DNA from: Syntrophales bacterium
GTDB lineage: Bacteria > Desulfobacterota > Syntrophia > Syntrophales > UBA4778
Assembly (NCBI GenBank): GCA_963665615.2
Contig: CAXXQE010000008.1
Coordinates: 744,001-808,000, forward strand
Length of the DNA stretch: 64,000 bases
Reading direction: 5' to 3'
Part shown: positions 10,291-21,191 of the stretch, piece after piece
How positions within the stretch are numbered: position 1 is the stretch's first letter
Layout of the letters: each line of letters opens with the position of its first letter
Notes under the pieces: model-generated
Seen by the model: the letters and a program-made list of their open reading frames with translations, nothing else
What the model was told of the DNA's origin: nothing
Databases searched by the model: none
Made by a program: the position numbers and the translations under genes

Positions 10291-11895
10291 ATGATTGGCG
10301 TCATATCAAAGCAGCAGGAGGCGGAAGTCGTCGCAGAGTTTTTTGAACTTTTCAAGACGGCATGGGAGTTTTATGATCCCACTCGCTCATATGACGTCAT
10401 TATTTCCACTCGAGGCGGAGATGTTCCCTCAGAACAATCGCGATTGCTGATCATTTATAGCCACGAGCAGACGGAATATGATTCAAAGCAAGGGATCAAT
10501 ATCGGTCCTATAGCAGGATCGGCATCAGTACAGCACAGAGATTGGTTTTGTCCGATATACCGGCATATTTCATCGGTAAAGGGACACGGCCAGTCAAGCA
10601 TGAGACTCGATGGCATTCAATTGCCCGTCGGGTTGATTATCACGGAACCTTCTCGAACGGTTGTAAGGATAGGATTTAATCTGTTTGAGGAAGTAGCCCA
10701 TTTACTCTCTGTCGGCCAGCCATCCGAGAATGCCTCGATACCAACCCTTGAAAACCACATAGCCATTCTGCGCGACCTGATTTTGAATGTAGGTATATCG
10801 ATTACCGAGATACCGCCCATTCCGAATGGATACCGATTTATTGCCTGCCTGACGCATGACATTGATTTCATCAGAATACGCGATCACAAGTTTGATCATA
10901 CTGTCTGCGGATTCATATACCGGGCAACCCTTGGTACTCTTCTAGATGTAATAAAACACAGGCGTACCTGGAAAGAACTATACCTCAATTGGAAAGCCGT
11001 TTTAAGTCTTCCCCTTGTGCACCTTGGTTTCTCCCCGGACTTCTGGTTCAAGTTCGATCGGTACATGGAACTTGAGAAGAATGTTGATGCGCGCTCAACC
11101 TTCTTTTTTATTCCGTTTAAAAAAAGAATGGGTAAGAAGGTTGCCGGCAATGGAGTAAAACGCAGGGCAGCCAGATATGATGTGCATGATGTGCCGCAGG
11201 TCGTTAAAAAACTAGCGGATAACGGTTTCGAGGTCGGTGTTCATGGTATCGATGCCTGGCATGATGTATCAGCCGCCAGCGCGGAAAAACAAAGAATTAG
11301 CGGGATAAGCAAACGAGCGGACGCCGGCATCCGTATGCACTGGCTGTGTTTCGACGGGAATTCCTTTCAGGTGCTTGATGATGCGGGTTTTTCTTATGAC
11401 AGCACGTTCGGTTACAATAACGCCGTCGGTTACCGCGCGGGCACCACACAGGTCTTTAAGCCGATCGGCGCAAAAAATCTATGCGAATTGCCCCTGAACA
11501 TTCAAGACACCGCACTATTCAACGCTAAACACATGTCACTAACCAAAGCCGATGCGTGGCAGCGGAGCAACGAATTGATCGAACAAGTTTCCATCCATGG
11601 CGGTGCGCTAACGATTCTATGGCATGACAGAAGCCTGTCCCCGGAAAGGCTGTATGAAGATTTTTACATCAGGCTTCTGGATGAACTGCATCATCAGAAG
11701 GTTTGGCTTGCAAAAGCGCAAGATGTCGTGGATTGGTTCCGAATGAGGCGTTCGGCCAAATTCATGACAAATGGAGAAATCGAAATTTCACATTATTCTG
11801 AGAAGAATGCCGCACTTCCCGATCTGATTCGCCGTACTTATACAGGCCAGAGGGCCGCATTTGTTGATGAGCCAATCAGCGTTTGCGTTGGCTAA
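10291..11895 (+). CDS. Polysaccharide deacetylase-family protein
   Basis: CLTHDID, EVGVHG, GIRMHWL, YDSTFGY, GYRAGT, ELPLNIQD, LTILWH. Confidence 0.75.
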   Translation: MIGVISKQQEAEVVAEFFELFKTAWEFYDPTRSYDVIISTRGGDVPSEQSRLLIIYSHEQTEYDSKQGINIGPIAGSASVQHRDWFCPIYRHISSVKGHGQSSMRLDGIQLPVGLIITEPSRTVVRIGFNLFEEVAHLLSVGQPSENASIPTLENHIAILRDLILNVGISITEIPPIPNGYRFIACLTHDIDFIRIRDHKFDHTVCGFIYRATLGTLLDVIKHRRTWKELYLNWKAVLSLPLVHLGFSPDFWFKFDRYMELEKNVDARSTFFFIPFKKRMGKKVAGNGVKRRAARYDVHDVPQVVKKLADNGFEVGVHGIDAWHDVSAASAEKQRISGISKRADAGIRMHWLCFDGNSFQVLDDAGFSYDSTFGYNNAVGYRAGTTQVFKPIGAKNLCELPLNIQDTALFNAKHMSLTKADAWQRSNELIEQVSIHGGALTILWHDRSLSPERLYEDFYIRLLDELHHQKVWLAKAQDVVDWFRMRRSAKFMTNGEIEISHYSEKNAALPDLIRRTYTGQRAAFVDEPISVCVG

Positions 11896-11959
11896 GTTGT
11901 TCAGCCGTGAGTGAAATCGTCGTGCCCCTGCGTCTGTAATGTGACCAGATGCTTTTTCG

Positions 11960-12032
11960 CTCGTTACTCGTTACCTTGTTACTTGTTACCGCAGGGCATT
12001 AGCCGCTGTTGTACTATTCACCATTTACTATT
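11960..12032. repeat. T-rich 7-bp-period tract before GT2 start
   Basis: ctcgttactcgttaccttgttacttgttacc ... tactattcaccatttactattt. Confidence 0.7.
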
Positions 12033-12037
12033 TGCAT

Positions 12038-12919
12038 ATGAAATATATCCTAATCACACCCGCACGCAATGAAGAGGAAAACATCGAACGGCTTATAGCG
12101 TCGATGATATCCCAGACACTGCTGCCATATAAATGGATCATTGTCAGTGATGGCTCAACGGACAGAACAGATGATATCGTCAAGCAGTATCAAAAGGATT
12201 ATCCCTGGATAGAACTGATCAGGAGACCGGAACACGTGGGTCGCGATTTTTCCGCCAAGGTGAACAGCTTCAATGCAGGATACGCAATGGTTAGGGAACT
12301 GGATTATGTGGTCATAGGTAATCTTGATGCCGACCTTTCTTTCGATTCAGACTACTTCGAATTTCTCATTGGAAAATTTTGCAACGACCCGGAGTTGGGA
12401 TGTGCCGGGACACCCTTCATAGAACAGGGAAAACATTATGATTATCGATTTACAAACATCGAGCATGTCTCCGGCGCCTGTCAGTTGTTTCGAAGACAGT
12501 GTTTTGAAGATATCGGCGGGTACACACCTATAAAGGGCGGCGGCATCGATTGGGTTGCCGTAACGACGGCACGGATGAAGGGATGGAAGACGAAAACGTT
12601 TACCGAGAGAACATGCCTGCATCATCGGAAGATGGGAACCGGAAACACGAGCCCGTTGCTAACATGGTTTCGGCAGGGCAGGAAGGATTATTTTTTGGGC
12701 AACCACCCCCTCTGGGAAATTTTCAGAACTCTTTATCAGATGACAAAAAAGCCGTTCTTACTTGGCGGTACGCTCCTTTTCTGCGGTTACTTCTTATCAA
12801 TTATAACGCGCATTCGGAAACCGATTTCACAAGAATTGGAGCACTTCATCCGTGGGGAACAAATAAAAAGGTTGAAAGCCAAGCTGTTTGTTTTGTCTCT
12901 CCGACCGTCGAACACATAG
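12038..12919 (+). CDS. Glycosyltransferase family 2
   Basis: ITPARNEE, VSDGSTD, NLDAD, SGACQLFRRQCFEDIGGY. Confidence 0.9.
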   Translation: MKYILITPARNEEENIERLIASMISQTLLPYKWIIVSDGSTDRTDDIVKQYQKDYPWIELIRRPEHVGRDFSAKVNSFNAGYAMVRELDYVVIGNLDADLSFDSDYFEFLIGKFCNDPELGCAGTPFIEQGKHYDYRFTNIEHVSGACQLFRRQCFEDIGGYTPIKGGGIDWVAVTTARMKGWKTKTFTERTCLHHRKMGTGNTSPLLTWFRQGRKDYFLGNHPLWEIFRTLYQMTKKPFLLGGTLLFCGYFLSIITRIRKPISQELEHFIRGEQIKRLKAKLFVLSLRPSNT

Positions 12920-12928
12920 CGTAGACCT

Positions 12929-14091
12929 ATGGATAACACGAAACAGAAAATACAGGATAGTCTCGCAAGTCTCGAAAAATGGATCGAAGATCATAACTAC
13001 AAAGGCTACGATCCAGCCGACGGACTTACGTCTTACTTGCGGCCGTTCACCTTCGGCAACCTCTTTTGTGAACGCTTACTCCAGCAACTCATCTGGCGCT
13101 GCCCCATCAACCTTCGGCCTCTTCTGGGTGTCAAACCCCTGGACTCAATATCGGCCGCGGCTATATGGCAGCAGCTTATCTAACCTTGTTTAAAATGACC
13201 GGCGATCAAACCTATAAAAAAAAGGCCACGGTCTGTCTCGAATGGCTAATGCAAAATAAGGCGCCGGGATTCGAACATTACAGTTGGGGAAAGATGTTCG
13301 ACTTCGCCAGTCGCGGCGGCAGACAGGGGAAATACGAACCCATTACGATCTGGACGAGCCTGATCGGGATGTCCTTTCTGGACGCCTATGAGATTCTTGG
13401 TGAGATGAAGTATCTCAAAGTCGCCGAGAGCGTTTGCGAGTGGATCATGGCGCGTCCCAGAAACATAACTGAATCCGGCTTTTGTATTAACTATACGCCC
13501 TTCGGTTCGGGTGATTGCACCATTCATAATCAGAGCATGGTGGCTGCGGCCATGCTGGCGCGCACCGCGAAATTTAATGCCAATAGCGCTTATGTGGATG
13601 TTGCGCGGGAAGCCATTCGGTTTAGCTGCCAGAGGCAGTTGCCCAACGGCGCCTGGTACTATGGAGAGAATCCCACTTACCATTGGATTGACAATTTCCA
13701 TACCGGCTATAATCTTGACTCGCTGAAATGCTACTCTGAAAGTACGGGTGATGGGACGTATGAAGATAATCTTAAAATAGGATTTGAATTCTATAAAAAC
13801 AATTTCTTCGAATCATCGGGGTGTCCAAAATACTATGACAACAGAATCTATCCGATAGACAGTCAGTGCATATCACAATCGATAGAGACGCTTGTCAATT
13901 TCGCGGACTACGACCGAGCATCCCTCGGTTTGGCCATAAAGGTTGCCAAGTGGGCAATCGATAACATGCAGGACAAAGCCGGTTACTTTTATTTCACAAG
14001 ATATCCGCTTGCGACATTAAAAGCGCCCATGATTCACTGGGCTCAAGCCACGACTTATAAAGCACTGGCCCTACTAGTTACAACGCTATAG
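12929..14091 (+). pseudogene. Frameshifted EPS-associated protein (probable alpha/alpha-toroid sugar-modifying fold), split into 12929-13183 and 13165-14091
   Basis: ORF1 ...NLRPLLGVKPLDS continues in the -1 frame as IGRGYMAAAYL; consistent with one missing base near 13147-13149; ORF2 has NGAWYYG, WIDNFHTGY. Confidence 0.62.
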
Positions 14092-14111
14092 AGAATCCTT
14101 TCGATTAAACC

Positions 14112-15023
14112 ATGATCACCGAAGCTGCAAACCTTCCCCATATATCTGTCTGTGTCTGCACCTATAAAAGACCACAGATGCTATCTCATCTGTTAAGCAA
14201 GCTTCAGGAACAGGTAACGAATGATCAATTTACCTATTCTGCCGTTGTGGTTGATAATGATGCCAATCAGTCAGCCAGAGACGCCGTTGTCGACTGGCAG
14301 AGCAAATCGATCATACAGATAGAGTACTTCTGCGAACCGAGGCAGAATATTGCCCATGCGAGAAATAAGGCCGTCGCAAATGCAAAGGGTGACTTAATAG
14401 CCTTCATAGATGATGACGAATTTCCGGAAAAAACCTGGCTCACCAATTTATTGAGCAGCCAAAAAAAATACAATGCTTCAGGTGTCTTGGGTCCCGTTAA
14501 GCCATATTTTGAAACAATGCCCCCGTCATGGATTGTCAAGGGGAAAATCTGTGAGCGGCGGTCTTTTACTACAGGGACTATCATAAGAAACAGTAATGAC
14601 ACCAGAACGGGCAATGTTCTATTTCTTAGAGAAATATTCAATGATCAAGCAGAACCCTTCAATCCGAAATTTGGCTTGACGGGTGGTGAAGATGTCGATT
14701 TTTTCAGCAGGATGATATTGCGCGATTTTGGCTTCGTATGGTGTGACGAGGCAGGCGCCTATGAAATTGTCCCTCGGGAGCGATTGAAAAGAAAATATTA
14801 TATCAGGAGAGCCTTGCTGCGCGGCTCTGTGAACGCGAGCAAATCCCGGTTCTTCAGCCTGCGTATGGCCAAGTCAACGATCGCCTTCATTGCCTATACG
14901 GCAGCCTTGCCAGTTCTTCTTTGCGCCGGGCAACATCACTTTATGAACTATCTGATTAAGGACTGTGACCATATTGGGCTGCTTTTAGGTCTATTGGGGT
15001 TCAATGTTGTGAGCAGGAGATGA
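14112..15023 (+). CDS. Glycosyltransferase family 2 (ExoM-like)
   Basis: VCVCTYKRP, VVVDND, NIAHARN, AFIDDDE, GGEDVDFF. Confidence 0.88.
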   Translation: MITEAANLPHISVCVCTYKRPQMLSHLLSKLQEQVTNDQFTYSAVVVDNDANQSARDAVVDWQSKSIIQIEYFCEPRQNIAHARNKAVANAKGDLIAFIDDDEFPEKTWLTNLLSSQKKYNASGVLGPVKPYFETMPPSWIVKGKICERRSFTTGTIIRNSNDTRTGNVLFLREIFNDQAEPFNPKFGLTGGEDVDFFSRMILRDFGFVWCDEAGAYEIVPRERLKRKYYIRRALLRGSVNASKSRFFSLRMAKSTIAFIAYTAALPVLLCAGQHHFMNYLIKDCDHIGLLLGLLGFNVVSRR

Positions 15024-15988
15024 GGTTTGCAATGAACTATCCGGATACTCAATTCATCCGCGCGCTCGGAATGATCCTGATTATTAACTCGCACATGGAT
15101 CGTTATTACCCGATATCATATCTCGGTACAGGGGGAGCCATCGGGAATGCGATTTTTTTCTCACTTTCCGCTTTTGGCCTCTACCTAAGTTATCAGAAAA
15201 GTAGAAAAGAATTCAGCGAATGGTTGAAAGGCAGAATCAGCCGTATCTATCCATCGATATGGATCGCGCTCATTTTTCTAAGATTGCCCCTTGCGCTGAT
15301 TCTCGGTCAGGTGACCGCCGATTATATCATCACATTCATCGGCCTTTTCTTTAATCCACCTCATTGGTTTCTCCGCGCGCTTTTGGTCTACTATGTACTT
15401 TCTTTTGTCTTATTGAAGAGCGAGCGACGGAGCACACTATGGGGCGTGTTAGGGGTATTGGGTATTCTATATTTTGTGTGTTATCTTACATGCGTTGATA
15501 TGTCGCAATGGTCTATAGAAAATCCTCCCTTCAAGTTAATTCACTACTTCATGATATTCTTGTTTGGCATATATCTGGCGTCCAAAAATGAGTCTATTGC
15601 ATATACCGGGCTGCACAATTACCTTGCCATCGTTCTTCTGCTTGCGATCACCTATGGACACAAATTTCTCATGACAAAGGGATTGTATCCCGAATTTCAG
15701 TTTATCCAGCAGGCGGCCATGTATCCGATGGTGTATTACTTGCTGAAAATAAGCAGATCGCCGCTTATATCATCGTGGCTGATGCGATCCAGAGCGATTT
15801 CAGCTTCGGTTCAGTTTATTGCCGATCACTCCCTGGAGCTCTATATCGTTCAAGAAACAATTCACCATCCGGTGCTGCAGTTGAATTTGGCTTTTCCGCT
15901 TAACGCTGTTGTTTTCATAGCCCTGACATTTATTTTATCCGCCATCATTAACAAGATGGCAGCAATGTTTAGAACAAGAATCGGTTAA
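15020..15988 (+). CDS. Acyltransferase family 3 (OafA-like) membrane protein
   Basis: FIRALGMILIINSH, GNAIFFSLSAFGL, RISRIYP, SLELYIVQ; multiple hydrophobic segments. Confidence 0.78.
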   Translation: MRFAMNYPDTQFIRALGMILIINSHMDRYYPISYLGTGGAIGNAIFFSLSAFGLYLSYQKSRKEFSEWLKGRISRIYPSIWIALIFLRLPLALILGQVTADYIITFIGLFFNPPHWFLRALLVYYVLSFVLLKSERRSTLWGVLGVLGILYFVCYLTCVDMSQWSIENPPFKLIHYFMIFLFGIYLASKNESIAYTGLHNYLAIVLLLAITYGHKFLMTKGLYPEFQFIQQAAMYPMVYYLLKISRSPLISSWLMRSRAISASVQFIADHSLELYIVQETIHHPVLQLNLAFPLNAVVFIALTFILSAIINKMAAMFRTRIG

Positions 15989-15998
15989 ATAACGAATC

Positions 15999-17423
15999 AT
16001 GGCATTTAACTCCTATACTTTTTTCATATTTTTCGGCGTTGTCATGGCGTTATACTATTCTCCTTTAAACTGGCAGTGGAGAAAAATAAACCTACTTATA
16101 GCGAGTTATATTTTCTATGCTGCCTGGCATCCGCCCTTTGTCGTTTTGTTACTGATCTGCACACTTGCTGATTGGTTTGCCGGCAAAGGCATTGACGCTT
16201 CCGAAAAAAAAGGCGTAAGACGAATATTTCTTTTGCTGTCCTTACTTATAAACCTCGGTATGCTTTGCTTTTTTAAATATGCAACTTTTTTCATGGGAAA
16301 TTTTATATGGCTACTGAGTTTGATACATGTTCATTACCAGCCCTTGAAGCTTGATATTGTCCTACCGCTTGGGATCTCGTTTTTTACCTTTCAATCCCTC
16401 ACCTATACTTTTGATATATACCGGCGGAAGGCCAGACCCTGGCCGTCTTTTCTGGATGTTGCCCTATTCGTCAGTTTTTTCCCCAAGCTGGTCATCGGTC
16501 CCATTACCAGGGCGTTCGATTTTCTAGTGCAGTGTAAAGTGCCGGTAAAAGCAGATGCGAAAAAAATGGCCATGGGTTTTTTCCTTTTGCTCTTGGGGTT
16601 GTTTGAAAAAATCGTTATGGCTGATAGTGTGCTGGCGCCTGTGGCAGATCAATTGTTTAATAAAAGCGGTGTGCCGAGTATTGTCGCTGCCTGGACCGGG
16701 ACATTGGCATTTACCGGGCAGATATTTTTTGATTTCGCCGGATACTCCACCTGTGCCATTGGCATCGCCCTATGTTTGGGCTTTACGCTGCCTCAGAATT
16801 TTAAATATCCTTATGCCGCTGTCGGCTTTTCAGATTTTTGGCGTCGTTGGCACATTACACTATCCGGCTGGTTGCGCGACTATCTATACATTTCATTGGG
16901 CGGAAATAGAAGAGGCGCTATTCGCACCAATGTCAATTTGATGCTGACAATGCTCATCGGTGGCCTGTGGCATGGCGCGTCGTGGACTTTTATCGCCTGG
17001 GGTGGTTTGCATGGTCTCTATCTGGTTATCGAAAGGCTATTGAAAAATATTATCCCTTCAGCACAGATGTGGTCAAAGCGGCCCATGCAGGTTATTTTCG
17101 CGTTCGCGACATTCATGGCTGTTTCGATAGCGTGGATTTTCTTCCGTGCGGACACATTTGAGCAGGCCTTTACAATTTGTCGCGCGTTGGTGGCGTCTAT
17201 CCCCGAGGGTCCCACTATCCGTATCGAATCGTTTTATGTTCTTTTGACGGGCGGCGCTATGCTGATTGTTCTGTTGTCCCACTGGATCATGCGGGATAGA
17301 TCTTTAGAGAATATAGTAGATAGAATGACCTGGTGGCAAAGGTCTGTTGTGTTTGCGGTAATGATCTTCATCATCGTAACCTGTTCCGGAGATGATCGTG
17401 CATTCATCTATTTCCAATTCTGA
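15999..17423 (+). CDS. MBOAT-family O-acyltransferase (AlgI/PatA-like)
   Basis: LPLGISFFTFQ, FFPKLVIGPI, QIFFDFAGYS, FWRRWHITLSGWLRDYLYISLGG, GLWHGA, ends FIYFQF. Confidence 0.92.
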   Translation: MAFNSYTFFIFFGVVMALYYSPLNWQWRKINLLIASYIFYAAWHPPFVVLLLICTLADWFAGKGIDASEKKGVRRIFLLLSLLINLGMLCFFKYATFFMGNFIWLLSLIHVHYQPLKLDIVLPLGISFFTFQSLTYTFDIYRRKARPWPSFLDVALFVSFFPKLVIGPITRAFDFLVQCKVPVKADAKKMAMGFFLLLLGLFEKIVMADSVLAPVADQLFNKSGVPSIVAAWTGTLAFTGQIFFDFAGYSTCAIGIALCLGFTLPQNFKYPYAAVGFSDFWRRWHITLSGWLRDYLYISLGGNRRGAIRTNVNLMLTMLIGGLWHGASWTFIAWGGLHGLYLVIERLLKNIIPSAQMWSKRPMQVIFAFATFMAVSIAWIFFRADTFEQAFTICRALVASIPEGPTIRIESFYVLLTGGAMLIVLLSHWIMRDRSLENIVDRMTWWQRSVVFAVMIFIIVTCSGDDRAFIYFQF

Positions 17424-18411
17424 AACGTGCAACTGGTGGAAAAGCTGGTTGCTGGCCCTGATTATTGCGTCACTTTTGCTAGGCTCGCTGGAGATATGCT
17501 GGCGTCAGAATGGCTATCGACCAGCCGTTGTTGATGATCAGCGCCTTTGGTCGATTGAACGAAGCAAAGTTGGTCGTTCTCAGAGAGAGATTGTTTTGCT
17601 TGGTTCATCGCGAATGCAAACGGATATGTCGATGGCAACACTCCGTAATCTCGCGCCTGAATTCAGCATCATCAATCTATCGGCCGATGGTTCGTGCGCG
17701 AATGCTTCACTCCATGATCTGGCCGCTGATAAATCGTTTAGAGGCACTGCCATTGTTGAGATAACGTCGGAATGCCTGATGTTTGGAGATGATAAGGACC
17801 TCAGCCAACAGTTCTACGTTGATTATTTTCACAATGCCTATAATCTCAACACAGGGTTAAATCGCCGGATCGCAACTTTCATCCAGAAAAGCTTTGTCGT
17901 AGTTGATCCGTATCTGAATCTGATTAAGGTGGCGGGCAACCTAGTTGTGAGGAGGATGTGGCGTACGCCGAATTACCTCAACACCTATGAAGACCGCTCA
18001 CGTACTGCGGATTATACAAAACTTGATATTGCCCATCATAAAAGCGTGCGGCTCAATAAGATAAATGCTCACTATGGGCAATTGTCGACTCGTATTTCAA
18101 ATAAATTATTACTGGAGCAAGTTAGAGCTCTGGAAGAGGATGTCAGCGAAATTCAGAAACGCGGTGGCAGGGTGTCCTTCGTTCGATTTCCCGTATCGAA
18201 TGAACACTGGCTCATTGATGAACAATACTTCCCCCGCAAAACATACTGGGATCCTATAACCCGTATTACCCATGCCGGCGTCGTTCACTTCAAAGACATT
18301 GGCGGAATTGATTCTCTGCAATGTCCTGACACGTCACACCTCGATGTCAAAGACACCGCGATCTTTACGACCCAATTATTCCGGGAATTACTCAGGCGAA
18401 AGTTGATTTAA
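17392..18411 (+). CDS. SGNH-like periplasmic O-acyltransferase partner (AlgJ/DltD-like)
   Basis: N-terminal TM helix, LGSSR motif, C-terminal DTSH (DxxH); follows the MBOAT gene. Confidence 0.68.
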   Translation: MIVHSSISNSETCNWWKSWLLALIIASLLLGSLEICWRQNGYRPAVVDDQRLWSIERSKVGRSQREIVLLGSSRMQTDMSMATLRNLAPEFSIINLSADGSCANASLHDLAADKSFRGTAIVEITSECLMFGDDKDLSQQFYVDYFHNAYNLNTGLNRRIATFIQKSFVVVDPYLNLIKVAGNLVVRRMWRTPNYLNTYEDRSRTADYTKLDIAHHKSVRLNKINAHYGQLSTRISNKLLLEQVRALEEDVSEIQKRGGRVSFVRFPVSNEHWLIDEQYFPRKTYWDPITRITHAGVVHFKDIGGIDSLQCPDTSHLDVKDTAIFTTQLFRELLRRKLI

Positions 18412-18412
18412 G

Positions 18413-19546
18413 ATGGCTGACGCGAAACCACGGAAGGCATGGGTTGATGTTTTAAAAGGCATTGCAATAATGCTTATTGTCGTGCTTCATAACCCTGGGT
18501 TACCCAATAAATTATTGGATGCCATTGTTTGTTTTGCCGTTCCGCTGTTCTGCTTCCTTTCAGGAATTTTCTTCAACCCGGATGCCTCATTTCATGACTA
18601 TGTCCGAAAACGTTTCAATTCTTTATTAAGGCCTTATTTTTTTACCCTTCTTGTAGTAAGTTTCGCTTATGTAATTATCAAAAGCACACCATCATTATGG
18701 TGGTATTTATTCTGGATGATTTACGGCAATGGACCGAATCTTCCCAAAGTAATGCTTCATCTCTGGTTTTTACCAAATTTATTCCTTGTAACTTTGTTTG
18801 TTTGGGCCCTATTTAGATATGTAAAATTTATGAAATCTTCTATAGGGGTTCAATTATTTTTAATGACAGTGTTTTTAGTTATAGGCGCCTTGGGAATCCA
18901 GCTGTTCTGGAATGTTAAGCTGCCAATATCTATCACGAATCATTTCATGACGGATGGAAATCTCTTTTTAATTAATGGATTACTCAATAACCCCGCATAT
19001 TCTAAGGAAGTACTTTTAGTGGATAAGCATTTCGTATTGAAGGGACTGCCCTGGAGCCTTGATTTTATAATGATAACGTCCGCCTTTTTCATGGGCGGCT
19101 ATTTTGTAAGCCGGAATAGACTTGAAAATCTATTTGATAAGACCAGTATCGCCATGACTATGTTGATAATATTCATAGTTTTTCATTATTGTTATAATTA
19201 CACCATAAATCTAAATATTCGCCGTTATGATCATATGTTAATCTCTACTGCGGAATGCTTCGCCGCCATTTATTTCCTGATTTTTTTATCATTTTTTATT
19301 TCAAATAATTGTGGGTCTCTATCTAATATTATCCAATATGTCGGACGTTATTCACTCATCGTTTATATCTTTCATCCGATCATTCAGAGTAAAACCTTCT
19401 TTACCATTACAACGCTTTTGCCAAATGCCCCAAAACTTATTGTACTTTTTCCAGCACTTATTGCCGGTATATGTATCCCCCTGCTGCTGAATTGGCTCGC
19501 ATTAGAAAGATTCAAATTTCTTCGCTTTTGGTATTACGCAAAATAA
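18413..19546 (+). CDS. Acyltransferase family 3 membrane protein
   Basis: WVDVLKGIAIMLIVVLH, VPLFCFLSG, RFNSLLRPYF, LWFLP, GRYSLIVYIFH. Confidence 0.85.
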   Translation: MADAKPRKAWVDVLKGIAIMLIVVLHNPGLPNKLLDAIVCFAVPLFCFLSGIFFNPDASFHDYVRKRFNSLLRPYFFTLLVVSFAYVIIKSTPSLWWYLFWMIYGNGPNLPKVMLHLWFLPNLFLVTLFVWALFRYVKFMKSSIGVQLFLMTVFLVIGALGIQLFWNVKLPISITNHFMTDGNLFLINGLLNNPAYSKEVLLVDKHFVLKGLPWSLDFIMITSAFFMGGYFVSRNRLENLFDKTSIAMTMLIIFIVFHYCYNYTINLNIRRYDHMLISTAECFAAIYFLIFLSFFISNNCGSLSNIIQYVGRYSLIVYIFHPIIQSKTFFTITTLLPNAPKLIVLFPALIAGICIPLLLNWLALERFKFLRFWYYAK

Positions 19547-19596
19547 AATGATGCTATTTTCTATATTATCAATTAAGCAAGGACTACTTTAATAGA

Positions 19597-20922
19597 ATGC
19601 CTTCCATATTAGCTCTGATAATTACCATTACATTTATTATTTTTCTCCTCAGGCTTGATCGCAAGCAAAACCAGACATCGTCACCTGCATTGTGGCTTCC
19701 GACATTTTGGATGTTGCTGGCTACGAGCAGAACATTAGGTTCATGGACAGGATTAGGCTCTGGTTTTGATGAAGGCAGCGTTTTAGATAGAATTGTTTTG
19801 AGCGGACTTGTGCTTGTCGCTATACCTATTTTAATAAAAAGGCGTTTCAATTGGTCAAGTTTCCTCAAAGACAACATGTGGTTGATAATTGTTGCAGCTT
19901 TTATGCTCCTCAGTATCACCTGGTCCGAAATGCCTTTTTTGTCATTCAAACGCTGGTTTAAGGTCATTGGGGTTATGATTATTATGGGATGCCTCGTTGC
20001 ATCTGAAGTTGATCCTCGCCAAGCTTTGATGAGTATCTTTCGAAGAATTGCATATATACACATACCTCTCTCGATTTTATTAATAAAATACTATCCCCAT
20101 TTGGGGGTTCAGTGGGGGCGGTGGACTGGCGAAGTTATTTGGGGAGGGGCTTCGACATTCAAGAACGGTTTGGCACAGACATGTTATTTTGTAATTTTTT
20201 TCTATTTCTGGACATTTTTAAGAAGACGACGGGGCCTTGATAAGGCTGCAACGTGGTATCAGAAATACCTGGAGTATCTGATTGTCATTGTCGCATTCTG
20301 GCTTTTCATGGGGCCGAGACATACCTTAACGTATTCATCGACATCGCTTGCCGTCCTTTTATTCGGTATTAGTATGCTTTTGTTCCTACAATGGCTGAAA
20401 ACAAAAAGAGTTGTATTGAGCGCAAATATATTAACGGCAGCGGTATTATGTATCATTATATATGCCGCCGTTACGCCATTTCTGGGAAAACTGTCATTTA
20501 TCGATGTCTCATCCCTTTTGGGGCGGAATGAAACATTAACGGGGAGATCAGAGATTTGGGCAAAGGTGATTCCTGTGGCGATGGAGAAACCAATGTTGGG
20601 GCACGGATTCTGCTATTGGACGGATGAATTGGACGAATTGACGAAAGCAAATAGCTCGCACAATGGCTATCTTGAAACAATCTTGGGTTTAGGATTTATC
20701 GGGGTCATACTTTCTTCAATATTCTTGATCAGCGCTTGTCGCAAGGCTCATCGCTACATGATGTATGATTTTGACTGGGGAGGATATTGGCTTTGCCTGG
20801 CGTTGATGGCTGCGCTCCATGACATCGCAGAAGCCTCTCTCAACAAATTTTCAGGTATATATCCAATGATCATCTTTATAATGATCGTCTGTCAATATAA
20901 AAAACCACATCATTCTAACTAG
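19597..20922 (+). CDS. O-antigen ligase/Wzy-type polymerase family protein
   Basis: Multi-TM; TLTGRSEIW, PMLGHG, HNGYLE motifs. Confidence 0.82.
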   Translation: MPSILALIITITFIIFLLRLDRKQNQTSSPALWLPTFWMLLATSRTLGSWTGLGSGFDEGSVLDRIVLSGLVLVAIPILIKRRFNWSSFLKDNMWLIIVAAFMLLSITWSEMPFLSFKRWFKVIGVMIIMGCLVASEVDPRQALMSIFRRIAYIHIPLSILLIKYYPHLGVQWGRWTGEVIWGGASTFKNGLAQTCYFVIFFYFWTFLRRRRGLDKAATWYQKYLEYLIVIVAFWLFMGPRHTLTYSSTSLAVLLFGISMLLFLQWLKTKRVVLSANILTAAVLCIIIYAAVTPFLGKLSFIDVSSLLGRNETLTGRSEIWAKVIPVAMEKPMLGHGFCYWTDELDELTKANSSHNGYLETILGLGFIGVILSSIFLISACRKAHRYMMYDFDWGGYWLCLALMAALHDIAEASLNKFSGIYPMIIFIMIVCQYKKPHHSN

Positions 20923-21191
20923 TTATAAAAAGCCCACAATTCGGAGAAAGGCGTCAAATACAACGTGTTTCTCTTGTATACCAGCCTGGAAAAGATGTTA
21001 TAGAAAAAATCAGCCAGTGTGAATGCATCTCGAACCAACCGGCTTATATGGTGACATTGGTCACATATATTAAGGCAAATTAGACGATAATAGGTATCGA
21101 GAGGTTAACCTGGTTAGGGTGAGTTGCCGACCAGAGGAAGACGTCCCATGAGTAGCTCAACCACGGTTGTGGGGTTAGTAAGGAGGAATAA

